Assembly: GCA_013239625.1 (NCBI GenBank) | Contig: MU054037.1 | Coordinates: 124,001-186,000 of the forward strand | Source: Lama guanicoe | Taxonomy: Eukaryota | Direction of reading: 5' to 3' | Length of the DNA: 62,000 bases | In this document: one piece after another, positions 59,570-62,000 of the stretch | Numbering within the stretch: position 1 is the first letter of the stretch | Layout of the letters: the number at the start of each line of letters is the position of its first letter | The notes under the pieces: model-generated | Databases searched by the model: none | What the model saw: the letters and a program-made list of their open reading frames with translations, nothing else | What the model was told of the DNA's origin: nothing | Program-made: the position numbers and the translations under genes

Positions 59570-60720
59570 ATCCGGGCATCTTTTCTGCCTCCCAGGAACG
59601 TCCGATGGGCGGCTCTTGGACACTCTCTTTAGCCCCTGTCCCTGTCCGCTCCTGGGACGTGGACGTTCACCACGAGCGCTGGAGCCCCGCCTCCCAGAGT
59701 CAGCCCGGGCCTCGGCGGGCGGGGCTCGCCACGTGGAGCGCGAACCCGATTCTCGGAAGGTGTCTACGCCATTGTCGCGGCGCAGCTCGGGGCCGGCCTC
59801 TCGCCTCGCGTCAACGGCGGAAGCCCCGCGGCCTGGGCTTACTCCAACGCTGCTGACGTAGCGTCATCTTGCGGGACGTGGACGGAAGAAAAAGGAGAGT
59901 AAGCCGGCGCCAGAAGTGGCCGGCGCGGAGTGCGGGCTGGGCGGCTGGACCGGGCGGCGGCGGTGTGGCAGGTACGCGGCGTCCTGCGAGGATGGCGGGG
60001 ACCGTGGCGGGGATGGCGAGGCGCCGGCGCCTCCACTGGGGCTGATGCGGCACCCGGGCGGTGGTGAGGGAAGGTGTGCGCGCCGGGTCGCGGGCGACCA
60101 AGGGTGCTGCGGGGGGCGCGGCCGGAGCAGGAGCCTGGTGGTCCGGGGTCCGGCCCGCGAGTGGGTGTGCGCGCGCCGAGGGATGGCGGCGGGCGGGGCC
60201 GCCCCGAGCCCGCTGTACCGCCATATGCCAGGCGCGGAGGCCCAGGGACTGCGGGGGCTTGGGGCACTCGGACTCCCTGGCTGCCTTTGGATACACTCAA
60301 ATGCAGAAACTGGTCCTGGTGGAAGCTTGAAGACCCAGCGGACCCCTTCTCGGTCTGGGAGTCCGGAACCAGCTTCCAGTGCACCTGCAGCCGTGATGGT
60401 GTTTCGCTCTGTTTGTTAACTGCCCACGCGCCGATTCTCTGAGGCCTGTGCCTTTGCGTGCGGTCCCGCTTTAGCCCGCCTGAGCTTTCGGGATCGCCTC
60501 TTCAAAGCCATCCGCGCCGCAGCCGGAGAGCTCCCTCTCGACCGCCTTTTGCAGTACGGCTTACAATCTGTGAACAGTTCCTCCTTGGCACATCAGGCGT
60601 GCCCAGATTCCATGCCCCTCCCCCACCCGCATCCCCTGCTCTGGAGGCGGTGAGGTTTATCCTTGGGTCTTTGTCTTTAAGTAGTGAACCATATACCAAG
60701 CCTGTGTTTCTGGGCGACGT
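59570..60720. promoter_or_regulatory. CpG island / promoter of the next + strand gene (ALDH18A1 by synteny)
   Basis: Very high GC and CpG density; GC box 59714-59725; E-box CACGTG 59730-59735; TGACGTAGCGTCA 59854-59866. Confidence 0.9.
59880..60073 (+). other. ALDH18A1: Probable non-coding exon 1 of ALDH18A1 (P5C synthase); TSS approximate
   Basis: In human, ALDH18A1 follows TCTN3 on the same strand and has a non-coding exon 1; donor GAAG|GTGTGC at 60073; no ALDH18A1 coding sequence in the window, so identity is inferred. Confidence 0.7.
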
Positions 60721-60856
60721 TTGTTGGGACTAAAGTTCAATTCTCTGTCCAGATCTGTAAGATAAGGACTTTCTGTTAGAACCTGTAAAGAGGTACTTGA
60801 GAAATGTCCTGAATCAAAAGAATGGAAACTTTTCAATTGATGACATGGAGTCTAGA

Positions 60857-60892
60857 CACACACACACACACACTCTCTCTCTCTCTCTCTCT
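60857..60892. repeat. (CA)n(CT)n microsatellite
   Basis: Direct reading. Confidence 0.95.
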
Positions 60893-61224
60893 TTGTTCCC
60901 TGGAACTAGCCGTCTACTTTTTGAGGACATAATAAACTCTGGCAGGATGAACTGTCCTTTGCAGTGAGGGAGGGGTCAGTCAGAGGCGATGAGAGAGGCA
61001 GGGGAGAGGCCAGGAGGCCTCGTTCAACCTAATAGCTTACTGACTCCTAATATTCACAGCTTTCAGTTATTCTTAGATAAGACAGGGGTAGACAAAAGTA
61101 TAATTTAATACGTGTGTCCATCAGAGAATATGGAATCCTTTGTGCTTGTGACAGGTCCTGAAAGAAATAAAAAAATGGTTGTAAAATACTATTAGTGCCC
61201 ACAAGACAGAAGGAGGAAAACTGA

Positions 61225-61440
61225 TGTTTATTGAGCATCTGTTGTACCCAGGCGTTCCGTGCATTGTCTCACAATAATTCCATGAGGCCCTTACTGTTAT
61301 TGTCCCTGGTTTACAAATAAGGAAACTGAGGCTTAGAAAGATTGAATAATCCTCAAAAAGGCACACAGCTAGCAAGTGCAGAGCTTGAACCAAAATCTGT
61401 CCAACTCAAAGTCCATGTTCCCATCCTATTTACCATGCTG
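61225..61440 (-). mobile_element. MIR SINE
   Basis: TTTACAAATAAGGAAACTGAGGCTTAGAAAG...CACACAGCTAG antisense core. Confidence 0.75.
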
Positions 61441-62000
61441 TCAGTGGAAAGTTTATAATTCAGTTGGGAAAATCAACAGTACCACATGAACCAGTCAAAA
61501 AGTAACCTGTGGGATTATATATATATCCAACTTTGAATGCTAGAGTTACTGGGGAAAGTTTGTGAAGGAGATTGAATTTTAGTGTTACTATTTGATTATT
61601 TTACCCTTTTTTGACTCTTCTTATGAACATGTTGGAGAATCCACATGTAAATAATTGTTTAGCAACAGTTACTGAAGGCCTTTATAAAAGCAGCAAACAT
61701 AAATCATCGGCTCATATCATGCTTCAGTGGTATGCAGATAATTTTCTCTTGGGACCTTCTATACTGTCACAAACACCGAAGTCAACAAAGACAGCACTTA
61801 ACATTTCTAATGCCTGTTAGGTGCCACATCTTTTACAACAGATGTATCCTGCCAGTCTCTTCCCTCTTCCTTCTGTACCTTTGTGCAATGTAAATTGAAG
61901 AGCAGTACACACCACTCCTTGTTTCTCTTCACTGTGGGGCAAAATGCTAGTCTTTTGAGGCATGTTTAAACATGATGAGGCACATTTAAGAGGGTCAGAT

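Noticed and set aside
59544..60733. Many overlapping 90-180 aa ORFs on both strands
   Set aside because: Expected in a GC-rich CpG island, where stops are scarce; low-complexity Ala/Gly/Pro/Arg peptides with no recognisable domain

Overview
Mammalian genomic DNA, most likely camelid because it carries Vic-1-like tRNA-derived SINEs. The window holds the complete 14-exon TCTN3 (tectonic-3) gene on the + strand. Its CDS runs 27443-51460 and encodes 608 aa. All introns are GT-AG, and exon sizes match human TCTN3 as I recall it. A CpG-island promoter with CCAAT, CRE and RFX X-box-like motifs lies upstream. A second CpG island at ~59.6-60.7 kb fits the promoter and non-coding first exon of ALDH18A1, identified by synteny; its coding exons lie beyond the window. 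The first 27 kb corresponds by synteny to the TCTN3-ENTPD1 interval and is rich in transposable elements: a decayed ERV1 pol plus 3' LTR with a solo LTR nested in the integrase, further solo LTRs including a young ERVK-like one, L1s with intact TSDs, MIR/L2, MLT1 and DNA-transposon relics. The most interesting unexplained signals are (i) minus-strand exon candidates that could feed alternative ENTPD1 5' ends from the bidirectional TCTN3 promoter or from an LTR, (ii) an L1 and a SINE that each seem to carry 3'-transduced sequence inside their TSDs, and (iii) uORFs in ALDH18A1 exon 1 that an alternative donor could remove. I found no evidence of a wholly new multi-gene system. Repeat family names and old-repeat boundaries are by eye and approximate.
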